64,000 bases of DNA from Adineta vaga (lineage: Eukaryota > Animalia > Rotifera): assembly GCA_021613535.1 (NCBI GenBank), contig CP075493.1, forward strand, positions 3,782,001 through 3,846,000. The letters are read 5' to 3'. The notes beneath the pieces were generated by a model. It was not told the origin of the DNA. It did no database searches and saw only the letters and a program-made list of their open reading frames with translations. The translations under genes were made by a program, and so were the position numbers. This document shows, piece by piece, positions 41,420 through 53,200 of this stretch; position 1 is the stretch's first letter, and each line of letters begins with the position of its first letter.

Positions 41420-42453
41420 TCAATTGTATAAAATTGTATGAATAATGGTATTGTTTATTTTTAAAACTTCAGTCGACATTGTTTCATTATTTTGTTCAAC
41501 AAATGGATAGAATTCTTTCAGCTCATTACATTTACATGTAATAACATCCTGGCCTGTTTCATTGTGATGATCCCACCAATGGGTTTTACATTCATCAAAT
41601 AGATCAAAATCATGCAATTGTCTTGATTGTTTTGGTGCAGGTAACCATAGTTCTCCAAGTGGTCTCAGTACTAACGGATAATAATATTCGATTTGTTGAC
41701 CTTCCTCAGGTTCGCCCATTTTCCAGACATGTGTTTCATTTTTAAGATATACAAAGATATCAAGAAATGGAAAATTCCACGAATAACCTCCAGCTGTTGG
41801 TGTACTTCGAAAGCAAATCTTGTAATATACTTTTTTTCCATCATCGTAGTCTATAATACGATAAGTTACGAGAGTATCATTCATCCGATTAACTTCATCA
41901 AGAAAACGATCTTTGCCCTCATAGCTATCATCATATCAGCATCCGTATCCCATGGAATCACATCATGATGTCTTAAAGATCCTAGCAGTGTTCCATCCGC
42001 TATCATGTATTCGATTTTATTCTTTCGACAAATACGATCAGCAATCATGAATAGTCGCATAACTATACTGTGTTGACATGGTGTGAAACGACGAGGAAGA
42101 AGTGGTGTTGATTTCCACTGTGAATAATAATAAGGTAGACGACGAAGTCTTGTAAAATCGAATGTCGGTGCATGGAAAACATTTGATTGAAAAAGTTGCT
42201 CATCTGTATCGAAACGATACGCCATATTGAGACACCATATAGAAAAATCATCTAATGATGTTGATTGATCTTCTGTATTATTCAATTCTCGACCAAATTT
42301 GTCTGATTTAAACGAAATGTTGGAAACACTAAATGATGAATGTCTCATATGAATAAATGATTCAAGACATTTTATAATCACTAAAACAAAGATCAATGTA
42401 ATTATTACTGATACATGTCTATTTCGACGTATTGAGAATCGTTTTAATACCAT
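41420..42453 (-). pseudogene. LicD-family protein 3 with a 1-nt frameshift near 41923 (pseudogene or sequence error)
   Basis: GTLLGSLRHHDVIPWDTDADM motif. Offset to the paralog changes from 1482 to 1483 at this point, and restoring one base joins ORFs 41881-42513 and 41420-41884. Confidence 0.75.
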
Positions 42454-42901
42454 ATCCTTCTTTTTTCGTCCACTTAACAAAATTTCAACCAAAAACAATA
42501 TCAAGTTCGACAATAATCAACAACAAACAAAATATTCTCAACATAATTTACTGCGCTATATTATCATGAAAAAAGGATTGAATAGTATACATTCTAGGAA
42601 TGATATAGCACGTTTCTCTTTCAATTCTTCGAGCGAAATGATAAATATTTTAGTTGTTATGAAAGAAACGTGATTAAATCGTTTCTCCTTTCTCAAATCT
42701 TAAAATTCATATTTGTTAATTCATGAATCTTCATATTAATAACTCTTGCACAGATCGATCAAAAATATCTGTCGAAAAAGAAATTGAATAGTATATGGTA
42801 CTTCAAAGAAAAAAAATGCTATTTATTCTAGAGATCTTCTATATTAGAAAAAAACTATGAATAGAAAAGAAAAGATTACGCCATCAATCAGAATAAAAAT
42901 A

Positions 42902-43963
42902 TTAATTGTATAAAATTGTATGAATAATGGTATTGTTCATTTTTAAAACTTCAGTCGACATTGTTTCATTGTTTTGTTCAACAAATGGATAGAATTCTTT
43001 CAGCTCATTACATTTACGTGTAATAATATCTTGATATGCTTCTTTGCTATGATCAAGATAGTGGGATTTACATTCATCAAACGGATCAAAATCATACAAT
43101 TGTCTTGGTTGTTTTGGTGCAGGTAACCATAGTTCTCCAAGTGGTCTCAGTACTAACGGATAATAATACTTGCTTTCACGAGCTTCATCTGACGCACCCA
43201 TTTTCCAGACATGTGTTTCATTTTTAAGATAAACATATATATCAAGAAATGGAAAATTCCACGAAGAATCTCCAGCTGTTGGTGTATTTCGAAAATACAA
43301 TTTATAATATTCTCGTACATCATATCGACTGCCTCGAACAAAATGGATTATTAATGAATCATTCAGTTGTTTGAATTCATCAAGAAAACGATCTTTGCCC
43401 TCATCGGCTATCATCATATCAGCATCCGTATCCCATGGAATCACATCATGATGTCTTAAAGATCCTAAAAGTGTTCCATCCGCTATCATGTATTCGATTT
43501 TATTCTTTCGACAAATACGATCAGCAATCATGAATAGGCGCATAACTATACTGTGTTGACATGGTGTGAAACGACGAGGAAGAAGTGGTGTTGATTTCCA
43601 CTGTGAATAATAATAAGGTAGACGACGAAGTCTTGTAAAATCGAATGTCGGTGCATGGAAAACATTTGATTGAAAAAGTTGCTCATCTGTATCGAGACGA
43701 TGCGCCATATTGAGACACCATATAGAAAAATCATCTAATGATGTTGATTGATCTTCTGTATTATTCAATTGCTGATGAAGGTTCTCTCTTGATAATGGAA
43801 CATTAGAAAGGGAGCTTGGTGATAAGATATTGAAATGAGCAGTACAGTTTTGATGTCTGAGAATAGTTACCGTAGAGATTACAAGAATAATAACGATAAA
43901 ATATTTAAATCGAATCATAGATGATAAATTCGATAGCATGATTTCAACTTTACTGCTTTGCAT
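42902..43963 (-). CDS. LicD-family protein 4 (intronless, type II anchor)
   Basis: YMIADGTLLGSLRHHDVIPWDTDADM, FPFLDIY, YYPLVLRPLG.LWLPAP. Confidence 0.9.
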   Translation of the reverse strand: MQSSKVEIMLSNLSSMIRFKYFIVIILVISTVTILRHQNCTAHFNILSPSSLSNVPLSRENLHQQLNNTEDQSTSLDDFSIWCLNMAHRLDTDEQLFQSNVFHAPTFDFTRLRRLPYYYSQWKSTPLLPRRFTPCQHSIVMRLFMIADRICRKNKIEYMIADGTLLGSLRHHDVIPWDTDADMMIADEGKDRFLDEFKQLNDSLIIHFVRGSRYDVREYYKLYFRNTPTAGDSSWNFPFLDIYVYLKNETHVWKMGASDEARESKYYYPLVLRPLGELWLPAPKQPRQLYDFDPFDECKSHYLDHSKEAYQDIITRKCNELKEFYPFVEQNNETMSTEVLKMNNTIIHTILYN

Positions 43964-44232
43964 CGATAAATAAAATATTTCTTCAGAATCCAGACAGATA
44001 AATTGATATCACACGAATATGCTCTCTTCGTTTGATACGTAAAATAGTTCGTTATTATCATCAAAAGCACGATGATGGAATGATAGAAATCCTTTCTTTC
44101 AATTCTGTCGAATGACATACCAAAAAATACAGTTATGTTAATAAAAAAAGATTATTCTTCAAAGCATATATATATCTCGTTCATTAAAAATAATGTCTAT
44201 CTAATATCAGTATCAATATATACGTTAAGTTA

Positions 44233-45225
44233 TTACGGGCAAAAATGTGGTACTGGTAGTTTTGGAAACCAGGTAGTATCATATAATAATGGTTTATTTG
44301 TTTCATGGAAAAGAGGACCAGCACGTGTAAATAATCCAATGTAGAGTGGTGATGTAACAAGAAGAAATGCATGTGTTAAGAGAATTCCGAATGCTTTTGG
44401 AAGAGTAAATGGACACATAATCTCGGTGCAGCAAGCGATGCCTTGTAAGACAAAAAAGATAAATGCAGGTAAGGGAGATGATGCTCCAAACGCAGCTGTT
44501 GCAACATGTGCGTGTAAAAGACCACTGACAATGAAACTTGCTAAGGCAGCAATCGTTGTTGATGAACATGGCAAACGACGAATAGGATCAAAAATAGATT
44601 CTTTCAGAAGTTTACCAATGAGACGATTATAACGACGACCCCAGAATTCACGAATAGATTTAGATAAAAATGGATAATCATTAAAATCTAGTACAGTGTA
44701 TTGATGACGTGTAATTAGTCGTATCAAAATAATTAGTAAATCATAGATAAATGTTCCTGTACAAATATAAATGTAGAAAATGGCAATTCGACCATAGCTA
44801 TCGCCGGGTGGACAGATATGTAACCATTGAAAAGTCCAATGATTAAAGAAAATTTTAATAATAATCGATAGTAAATAAAAATTAAGAGAAGTTTTCGATT
44901 GACAAGGTATAATAGGTATAAAGAACCAGAGAAATTTCCAAATATATGTCAGAAATGAATATTCTTCATATGGTGAAAATACAGTTAGGTGAAAAAGACG
45001 AATAGTAATCGTCCAATAAAGTGAAACTGTCATAACTGATGACATTTGAAGATATGGTAAATTGTGGCAACCAACGAACAAGAATATAAAACATGGTATA
45101 ATAGTCAGAATTGCTCGATGTAAATAATTTTTCAGTAATCGTATAAAATAGAAACATACTACTATATGAATAATCCAACCGAGAGAAACTATCATTGAAT
45201 GCATAATGTCAACTTTATTTTTCAT
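44233..45225 (-). CDS. Membrane-bound O-acyltransferase, wax-synthase/MBOAT_2 type (intronless)
   Basis: Polytopic hydrophobic protein with PFLSKSIREFWGRRYN and ASFIVSGLLH (catalytic His), followed by FIFFVLQG. Confidence 0.88.
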   Translation of the reverse strand: MKNKVDIMHSMIVSLGWIIHIVVCFYFIRLLKNYLHRAILTIIPCFIFLFVGCHNLPYLQMSSVMTVSLYWTITIRLFHLTVFSPYEEYSFLTYIWKFLWFFIPIIPCQSKTSLNFYLLSIIIKIFFNHWTFQWLHICPPGDSYGRIAIFYIYICTGTFIYDLLIILIRLITRHQYTVLDFNDYPFLSKSIREFWGRRYNRLIGKLLKESIFDPIRRLPCSSTTIAALASFIVSGLLHAHVATAAFGASSPLPAFIFFVLQGIACCTEIMCPFTLPKAFGILLTHAFLLVTSPLYIGLFTRAGPLFHETNKPLLYDTTWFPKLPVPHFCP

Positions 45226-45327
45226 CAGTCGAAAGACTATGACGATTAAAAAAATGTCATATGATTCTGTTTATTGCTTGTTTTTGTTTTTTCTTTCCTG
45301 TCGTATACAAGTAAGTCAGGCAAATAT

Positions 45328-45337
45328 ATGACGTCAT
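45328..45337. promoter_or_regulatory. Perfect CRE palindrome in the shared divergent promoter region
   Basis: ATGACGTCAT lies in the 371-bp gap between the MBOAT ATG (45225) and the esterase ATG (45597). Confidence 0.4.
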
Positions 45338-45596
45338 GCAACATTGTGAGTTTTGCGTTAAATAATATGATTGGAAAAAAATAATTCTCTACGAAAAAAA
45401 GAAATCATCAGATAAACCGTGGTGAAAAATGATTTTATCAATAGATTACAATAGCAAACAATCATTATTTCTATTTATTATTGATATAAACATTTTCTTC
45501 GGTTTTTGTTATCACAAATGATAATGAAATGTTTGTTTGATAATGTGCTAACTATATATTTGGTTGTATAAGATAGACACACATCGTATTTAAAAG

Positions 45597-47432
45597 ATGA
45601 CGATGGTTAAATTTATTTTCTTCTTTGTAGCTCTTTATTTTGCAAGTAGTGAGTATTGAAAGAAGACTTTTTCTTCTAGGATTGAAATTCCATCATATTT
45701 TACAGGTAATGCTACACCTCGCTTTGCTAATTATATCCAAGATCATATGGTTTTGCAACGAGCTCCACAACGAGCTGTCGTTTGGGGATTTGGAGATACT
45801 AGTAAAGTAACAACACTTCGAATGAATAATAAAATTTATACAACAATGAGTCGATCAGAACTAGCGAATGATTTAGGTGAATCAATTTGGTCTGTTACAT
45901 TAGATCCTATTTCTGATGATGGACCATATGATATTCATGTTTCACAACCATTAGCAAATGGTTCACTTGTTACTATTATTCTTCATGATATTTTATTTGG
46001 TGATGTTTGGATATGTTCCGGTCAATCGAATATGCAAATGGCTGTCATCGATATTTTCAATGCTACAGAGGAAATTAATAATGCTGGTAATTATCCTAAA
46101 ATTCGAGTATTTACTGCGGCCTTAAAACCATCCGATACACCTATCGAAGAATTACTGGGCATAGAAGAAAATTGGTCAGTAGCATCACCACAAAGTATTG
46201 GTGGAGCAAGTTTTTCTTACATGTCAGCGGTTTGTTGGCTATATGGTCGACAGATTCATGAAGCATTAGGTGGGCGTCCTATTGGTCTTATCGCTACAAG
46301 TTGGGGTGGTACAGCTATTGAACTATGGATGCCGCCACCAGCCTTACATGATTGTGGTATTTCAACGTAAGTTTTTATGAAATATACTTTTTTTCTTTTT
46401 TGACTACAGTAGTTTCACGTATAGAAATGAGAAAGTACCATTACAGTCGTATGATAAATCTACAGAAATAATATCATTAAGTAATTCGAATCTATTTAAT
46501 GCAATGATTTATCCATTTACACGTATGGTTGTTTACGGTTCTATTTGGTATCAAGGTAATGAGAGAAAAAAAAAGCAAGATCAACTATTTCATTCGATAT
46601 AATTTCATTTTGTATAGGTGAATCAAATTCAGAGTATAACACAGATAAGTACGCTTGTACATTTGCAAAAATGATTGGATCTTGGAGACAAACATGGAAT
46701 CAACGTACAAATGGTATTACAGATGTACAATTTCCATTCGGTTTCGTTCAAGTAACATAATGATTGTTTCATTGACAAATAATTTCATACATATCTAATT
46801 TATAGTTGTCAACATGGTCAAACTCAAGTGCAAAAGTTGGTGGTTTTCCAATTATTCGTTGGCATCAAACATTTGACGTTGGTTATGTGCCTAATAATGT
46901 TGTTCCTAAAGTCTTTATGGCTGTTGCTCTAGATTTACGTGATGATCCTAATGGGTACGTATCAGGAATATGAAAGAAAAAAAGAATCTAACTTATAGAT
47001 ACTTGCAGTATTCATCCTCGAACTAAACATGATGTTGGTTATCGATTATCACGTTCTGGTTTAGCTGTTGCTTACAATCAACCAGTTGAATACCAAGGGC
47101 CTATTGTATCTAATGTTGTCTATACAACTGGTAGTCGAACGGTAAATATTACTTACACTGGTGTACAAAATATTGAATTACGAAATCCAAATGGTTTTGA
47201 AGTTTGTTGTCAAGGTAATCGTTGTAATGTTGAAGGTTTTTGGGAAGCAGCAAGTATATCGAGTAAAAATGCATTGACAATTACAGTCACTGTTTCACCT
47301 TCATGCGTTGGACAACGACTTTTTGGAATTCGTTATTTATGGCGTGAAACACCATGTCCATTCAAAGAAGCTGCACTTTATAGTTACACAGATCCTAATT
47401 TACCGTCACCACCATACATGAAAGTATTTTAA
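45597..47432 (+). CDS. SIAE: Secreted sialate O-acetylesterase-like SGNH hydrolase (multi-exon)
   Basis: Signal peptide, MVLQRAP, GDVWICSGQSNM (catalytic Ser), SAVCWLYG, PIGLIATSWGGT.IE.W, IWYQGESN, IHPRTKHDVG.RL. Confidence 0.9.
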
Positions 47433-47647
47433 TAATTTAAAACAATTTTCTGCTCATAGACAAAAATTCCATTTGATTACATTTTCAGTTTGAAATAAAT
47501 CTGTAATTGTCAGTAATCCAAAGCCTCATGCATTTCTATCTCTTGTGTGTGTGTGTGTGTGTGTGTGGATGTATCTTTAAAGAAAATAAAACGCGAGAAA
47601 AGATCATTCTGTTTATCTTCAGAAAGTATTTTCTTACTTTTCCTAAT

Positions 47648-48649
47648 ATGAATTCGACTAATTATTCTTGGTCATGGACAATTATATTGGTATCTTCTAT
47701 ACAAGAAGTATTCCAATATATAATGACCACTTTATTATTTCTTGGTATTTTTCCTAATCTAATGAGTTTTCTTATTTTTTATCAATCAAAATTTCGCAAA
47801 AATGCTTGTGCTGTCTTTTGTTCAGCAATTAGTCTTGTTAATATTCTTATTCTTATTCAAGGTTTTATTAAAACAATTCTTTTGATCATCTCTAAAATCG
47901 ATCCAGAAGATACAAATCTTAGCTACTGTAAAACGCGACTATATCTTCGACATAGTATGATGATGGTTAATCGCACATATACGATATTTGCTTGTGCGGC
48001 TTCCTATGCATTATCATCTGAAAAAACCCGAATTCGACTATTGATAACTCGTATATCACTTACATATCGTTCAATTTTCATATGTTGCTTTCTATGGTTT
48101 ATTATCAATATTCATATGCCATTCTACAGATATATACATAATAATGTTTGTGAAACAGCAAATACATATCAATATATATTTTCAATTTATTTATTTATTG
48201 TATCCGGTATACTATCACCAATGCTTATGATTATTTTTAGTCTTTTAACATTGTCAAATTTAAATCGTTTACATCGTCGTGTTCAACCAACAAATAACAA
48301 TTTAAATCCATCATTTTGTCTTCTTAGACGAGATATTCAATTGATACGTATGTTACTTGGTCATGTTGCTGTTTATATGATTACAACATTTCTCTATCCA
48401 ATTAATATGTTATATTTAGCAATAACATTTAATTCAGCGGATAAAAGTTCTGAACGAAAAACTATCGAATCTTTTATTACATTTCAAACAAATCATTTTC
48501 TTTTCTATTTCAATAATATTGCGCCATTTTTTACATATTATTTAACGTCATCAACATTTCGTAAAGAATTCAAAACTATGTTCTGCAAATGGCAACAAAA
48601 TCAACAACGTAATTTAACTAGTAATCAACGAATAATGATAACAGATTAG
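47648..48649 (+). CDS. Divergent rhodopsin-class 7TM receptor (intronless)
   Basis: Seven hydrophobic segments, YCK-R at the top of TM3, FFTYYLTSSTFRKEF at TM7/helix 8. Confidence 0.82.
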   Translation: MNSTNYSWSWTIILVSSIQEVFQYIMTTLLFLGIFPNLMSFLIFYQSKFRKNACAVFCSAISLVNILILIQGFIKTILLIISKIDPEDTNLSYCKTRLYLRHSMMMVNRTYTIFACAASYALSSEKTRIRLLITRISLTYRSIFICCFLWFIINIHMPFYRYIHNNVCETANTYQYIFSIYLFIVSGILSPMLMIIFSLLTLSNLNRLHRRVQPTNNNLNPSFCLLRRDIQLIRMLLGHVAVYMITTFLYPINMLYLAITFNSADKSSERKTIESFITFQTNHFLFYFNNIAPFFTYYLTSSTFRKEFKTMFCKWQQNQQRNLTSNQRIMITD

Positions 48650-50201
48650 AAATGTTGTGTTTTTCGACTCAATCTGTAGTTTCTTTTGTCAATAAAGATT
48701 TTCTCCCATAGACAATAATCAGATCAAGTCGGAAGACTAATCATTGATCATTCGATTCATCAATAAGAATGACGTCGAACACGTCTACTCGATAAATAAG
48801 ATAGGAAAATGTAAAACTGATTTTATGAATCTTATGACATCTATATTTAACAGAACACACTTAAAGAACAACATGAAATAGAGATAAAAAGATTATTCAT
48901 CAGAATTTAAGTGTCAAATATGATCAAGAAAAAACTTCGAAAATTTGCATGCATGAAAATCTGTTTGACATGGCTTTGATGCAAATTTGTTCGAAAAAGA
49001 ACAACTTTTGTTTTTGAATATTGTACTTCTATTGTACTTTTTTAATCGATACGAGATCACGACGCATTGAAAAAGCATCTTCTCCGTCAGCATAATATCG
49101 AGGATCACGATCTTGTATTCTAAAAAGAAAAATTCTTTTGTTTTATTTCAATAAACTTTATTTTTTTAACTTACGTAAAACTAAGTGCATCCTGATAAAG
49201 ATGTAAAGCTGCTCGGTTACTAACACGTACATGTAACGAAACATATTTAGCATTGAAATTTTCTACCATCGATCGACTAGCTTGATCCATTAGTTTTTGT
49301 GCAATACCTAGACGACGATGTGTACGTCGAACAGCCTAATCATACAAGCAAATAAATTCAAAATAATGATCGAAAATGAAATCTTACAAGAGAAGTTATA
49401 TGACCATGTGGTACGGATTTTTCACCTTCGTCTTCCCTATACGAATATATATGTATATATATATAGAATCATATGGTTTAAAATAGGAAAATTATATAAG
49501 CAAAAGAACTTATTTTACATTTTTGCTAAGACATAACCAACAATTTTGCCTGAATCATCTTCAGCTACATAGGATAATTGTGGCCAAGAAAGACCATGAT
49601 AAAAATAATATTTAAGTTGATAATTCTCAGGTAAACAAAGTAAATTACAATTTTGCATATTAATTAAATCATCTGGCTATAGGAAAAAAAATATGGTCAA
49701 TTGAACGAAATAAAAGCGTAGAACTTCACTTACAGTGGCATTTCTGATAATCATCCTTTTATAAATTCCAATAGTCCAAAAGAATTATGTTTTTTTAATT
49801 ATTTTGAAAAGAACTTTGAAGTATGACTAGCGACATCTATAATTAGACTTGAATTTTCCTTTTTTTCTTTTGATTTAAAATTTAAAATTTTGAAAATAAA
49901 TTTTCTCTACTTTTTTCCATACTTTTCTAAAATTTTATTTCATTATTGCAATCGAATATGAGAAGCAAGAGTAGCATCTTGAGTGGAGTTTCACAATCTC
50001 TTTATGTTCATCATGGCCGTTGATGATGTCGATGCATGTATGAGTTCGGATTGAGAAAAACTCAACACAAACAAACAAACAAACATACATATATTACGAC
50101 TAAGAGAAAACAATGATTCTGCAATTATTTCAAACTTCAATATTGAATTTCTTTCACAAATCTTTCAGTTCGACAATGTGTCGAAGACGCTGTTTAATTT
50201 A

Positions 50202-53200
50202 ATGGCCGGTACTGGCCAAAATCAACAAAAACAACAACAACAACAAGATCAGCAACAAAACGTTAAATATCTATATTTCCATTACAATAATAATACCACT
50301 AATACAAATAATTCCATTGTTCAAATCAATAAAATATCAACATCATCATCATCTGTATGCACTGCGACAAATCATTCACAAACGATGATGACTTCGTCGA
50401 CATCTCCTTGGCATCATACATCAACTCTCGCCGGTGATAATGATAATTCCTTAAATTGTGATGGAGTTAATATAACTAGAATGATTGAACAAGGACCCTC
50501 ACTTTCATTAAATACTGATTGTACAAATACAGCTCAACAACCATATGAAAATAATGGACATTTCTTTGTCAAGAAAACTTTTCATAAACCAACGTATTGT
50601 CATCATTGTGTCGAAATGCTATGGGGACTGATCGGACAAGGATATTATTGCGAAGGTAAGAAAATTAAATGAATCATTTATTTTAATTGTTTTTTTCTTC
50701 CTATTTGTTTTGATTTTTAGTATGTAATTTTATTTGTCATGATCGATGTCGAAAGCATGTCATTTCTCCTTGCTCAAGCATTGCACCTATACTTATCAAA
50801 GTAAATCAATTGTTAATTCAATATTTGATAAAAGAACAGCTAGATAATCATCTATTATATTCTTGTAGAATCCCGTGTGTCACATATGGTCGGATGTATC
50901 CCGGTTTAAACGTAAATTTTGCAATGTATGTCGAAAACGACTTGAAGATATATCAGCTGTACGCTGTGAAGGTATGTTCTTTCACCTAGTTTTAGCATAT
51001 ATATTGTATTGTATTGTGTTGTATTGTGTTCAGAAAGGAAAGGACATTTAATCAGGTAAAAAGCTGCAAAAATAAACTAGTTTTCACTAATTTACTAACG
51101 ATTTTCAGTCTTAATGAATAAATCTTTCCAATTATAATATATTTTTGTTTGTATCCTAGTTTGCGAGTATTATGCACATGATGATTGTAAAGATTTTGCT
51201 GTTAATGATTGTCGTGAAACAGCAACATATGCACCATCAAGAGATAATGTAAGTTAATTAATATAATCTAATAAAAATGATATTAAACAAATTTTCGTTG
51301 CAATATTTTAGTCCACCATATCAGTAAGACATCATCATCATTGGCGTGAAGGAAATCTGCCATCAAATTCCAAATGTGCAATCTGTAGAAAAACGTGTTG
51401 GTCAAGTGAATGTCTTGCTGGAATGAGATGTGAATGGTGTGGAATAACTGTACGTATCTGATGATTAAAATAATCTTGTAGGAAATATTTGTATGTAATT
51501 TTTTCAGACCCATAGTACATGTCGTTCACGTATGCCAGAAGATTGTGGTTTTGGTACTTTAAGAGATATAATAATTCCACCATATGCAATATCAATTCCA
51601 CGTATAGCTGATTTAAATAAAGATCTTATATTGGGTATTGGAAATAATAAAGATAAACCAATACAAAATACAAATTCACAATCAAATAATAGTACAGGAA
51701 CAGGACTAGAATCGAATATTATTATTGCCCCAGAATCCAAAAGTGCTGTTCATTTTGGTAAGTGAAAAATAATGTGACTGTAATAAGCTTTTTTTTTCTC
51801 TTCTTTTGTTCGTCTCTTATTTCATATCAAAAATTGTTATGCACAGATTGATTTCTATATATTGTATTGCACTCAATGTATAAATGTATATTATCTTATA
51901 GTATCACAACGTAGTTTTCATGATGTATCAAAAGCAGCAAAGCGAAGTGGTTCAAGTCTTGTTCGACGTATACAACGACAATCATCAGTTGTTTTACCAA
52001 GAAAAAGATTTCTAACATCTCAACAACCCATCCAAAGGGGTACCAATCGTTTTTTCCTAATTGACTATTTAGCACGCTCTTCTTTGACATAATCTATTCT
52101 GCATGCATGTGTCTAGGATGTCTTGAATTTTATATTCTTTTATCGAATGAATATATTTGATCTGATCAGATGTTTATTTTCGTTTCTTCTTTTTTCAATT
52201 TTAGTAAAAAGTTCATCGACAGAGCATCTATCGGGTGGTGATGCTGATCTTGGTGGAATCGAAAGAGATTATCGAAGTCGAGGAGCTGAAGCTTGTTCAA
52301 GTCCAAATATACAAACGGAAAGTATTGTTAGTAAAAAACAACGAGATGTAAGAACAAATAAAGGACAACAAGAAGAAGAAGAAGAACGAGGTAATAGATA
52401 AAATGAAAACAAGAATTTCATCCGTTTTTTGTTTCTATTCGTTGTCTTTAGAAATAATCCGTGTCTATGATGGTAATGCAACTTTTCGTAATAGCACTCC
52501 ACGTTCTATATCCGTACCAAAACAAGCAACTTATACCCAGATACTGGTACATATTCAATAACATATTTCAATGATATAAATTTGAAAAATGAAATTCTTT
52601 CATTTTAGGAGGCTGCTCTCCGCACATTCCATATCAATGATGATAGCACTAAATATTGTATAACTGTACCGACAGATGATGGTATGAATATTTTACTCAT
52701 GTATTGATGTGTGAAAAGAATAGTTGTTAGAGTTGAATCGATATACGAAAAAATGTCTTGATAGAAGATATCTACATACGTTTTATTTTTCTAGTCGGTG
52801 GTGATCAACCCATTGATGAAGCAATCCCACTGAAATCTCTCAAACAGTTATGCGGTCGTAAACTTAATATTTACATTCGATATAAAGAACGAGCTGATAT
52901 GGATTTTGATTATGTACGTGTTTATCCTGGCATCCTTAAGTACGTATAAAAACTTTCTTCTAGTTCGATTGATTTGATTTGATTTGTTTTCTTTTCCTTT
53001 TAGAACTCATGATGGTTTTAAAGTGATTAAAGTTACATCATCTAGTACAACATCTGAAGTTATTGCTAAAGCTTTAACAGATTTTGGTATACGTAATGTA
53101 AATGCGGAAAAATATTCGCTGGTCGAAGTCTTACTTATATCCAATGTTAATTATACTGATCGAATTTTAGAACCCCATGAATTTCCTTTACATGTTTTAA

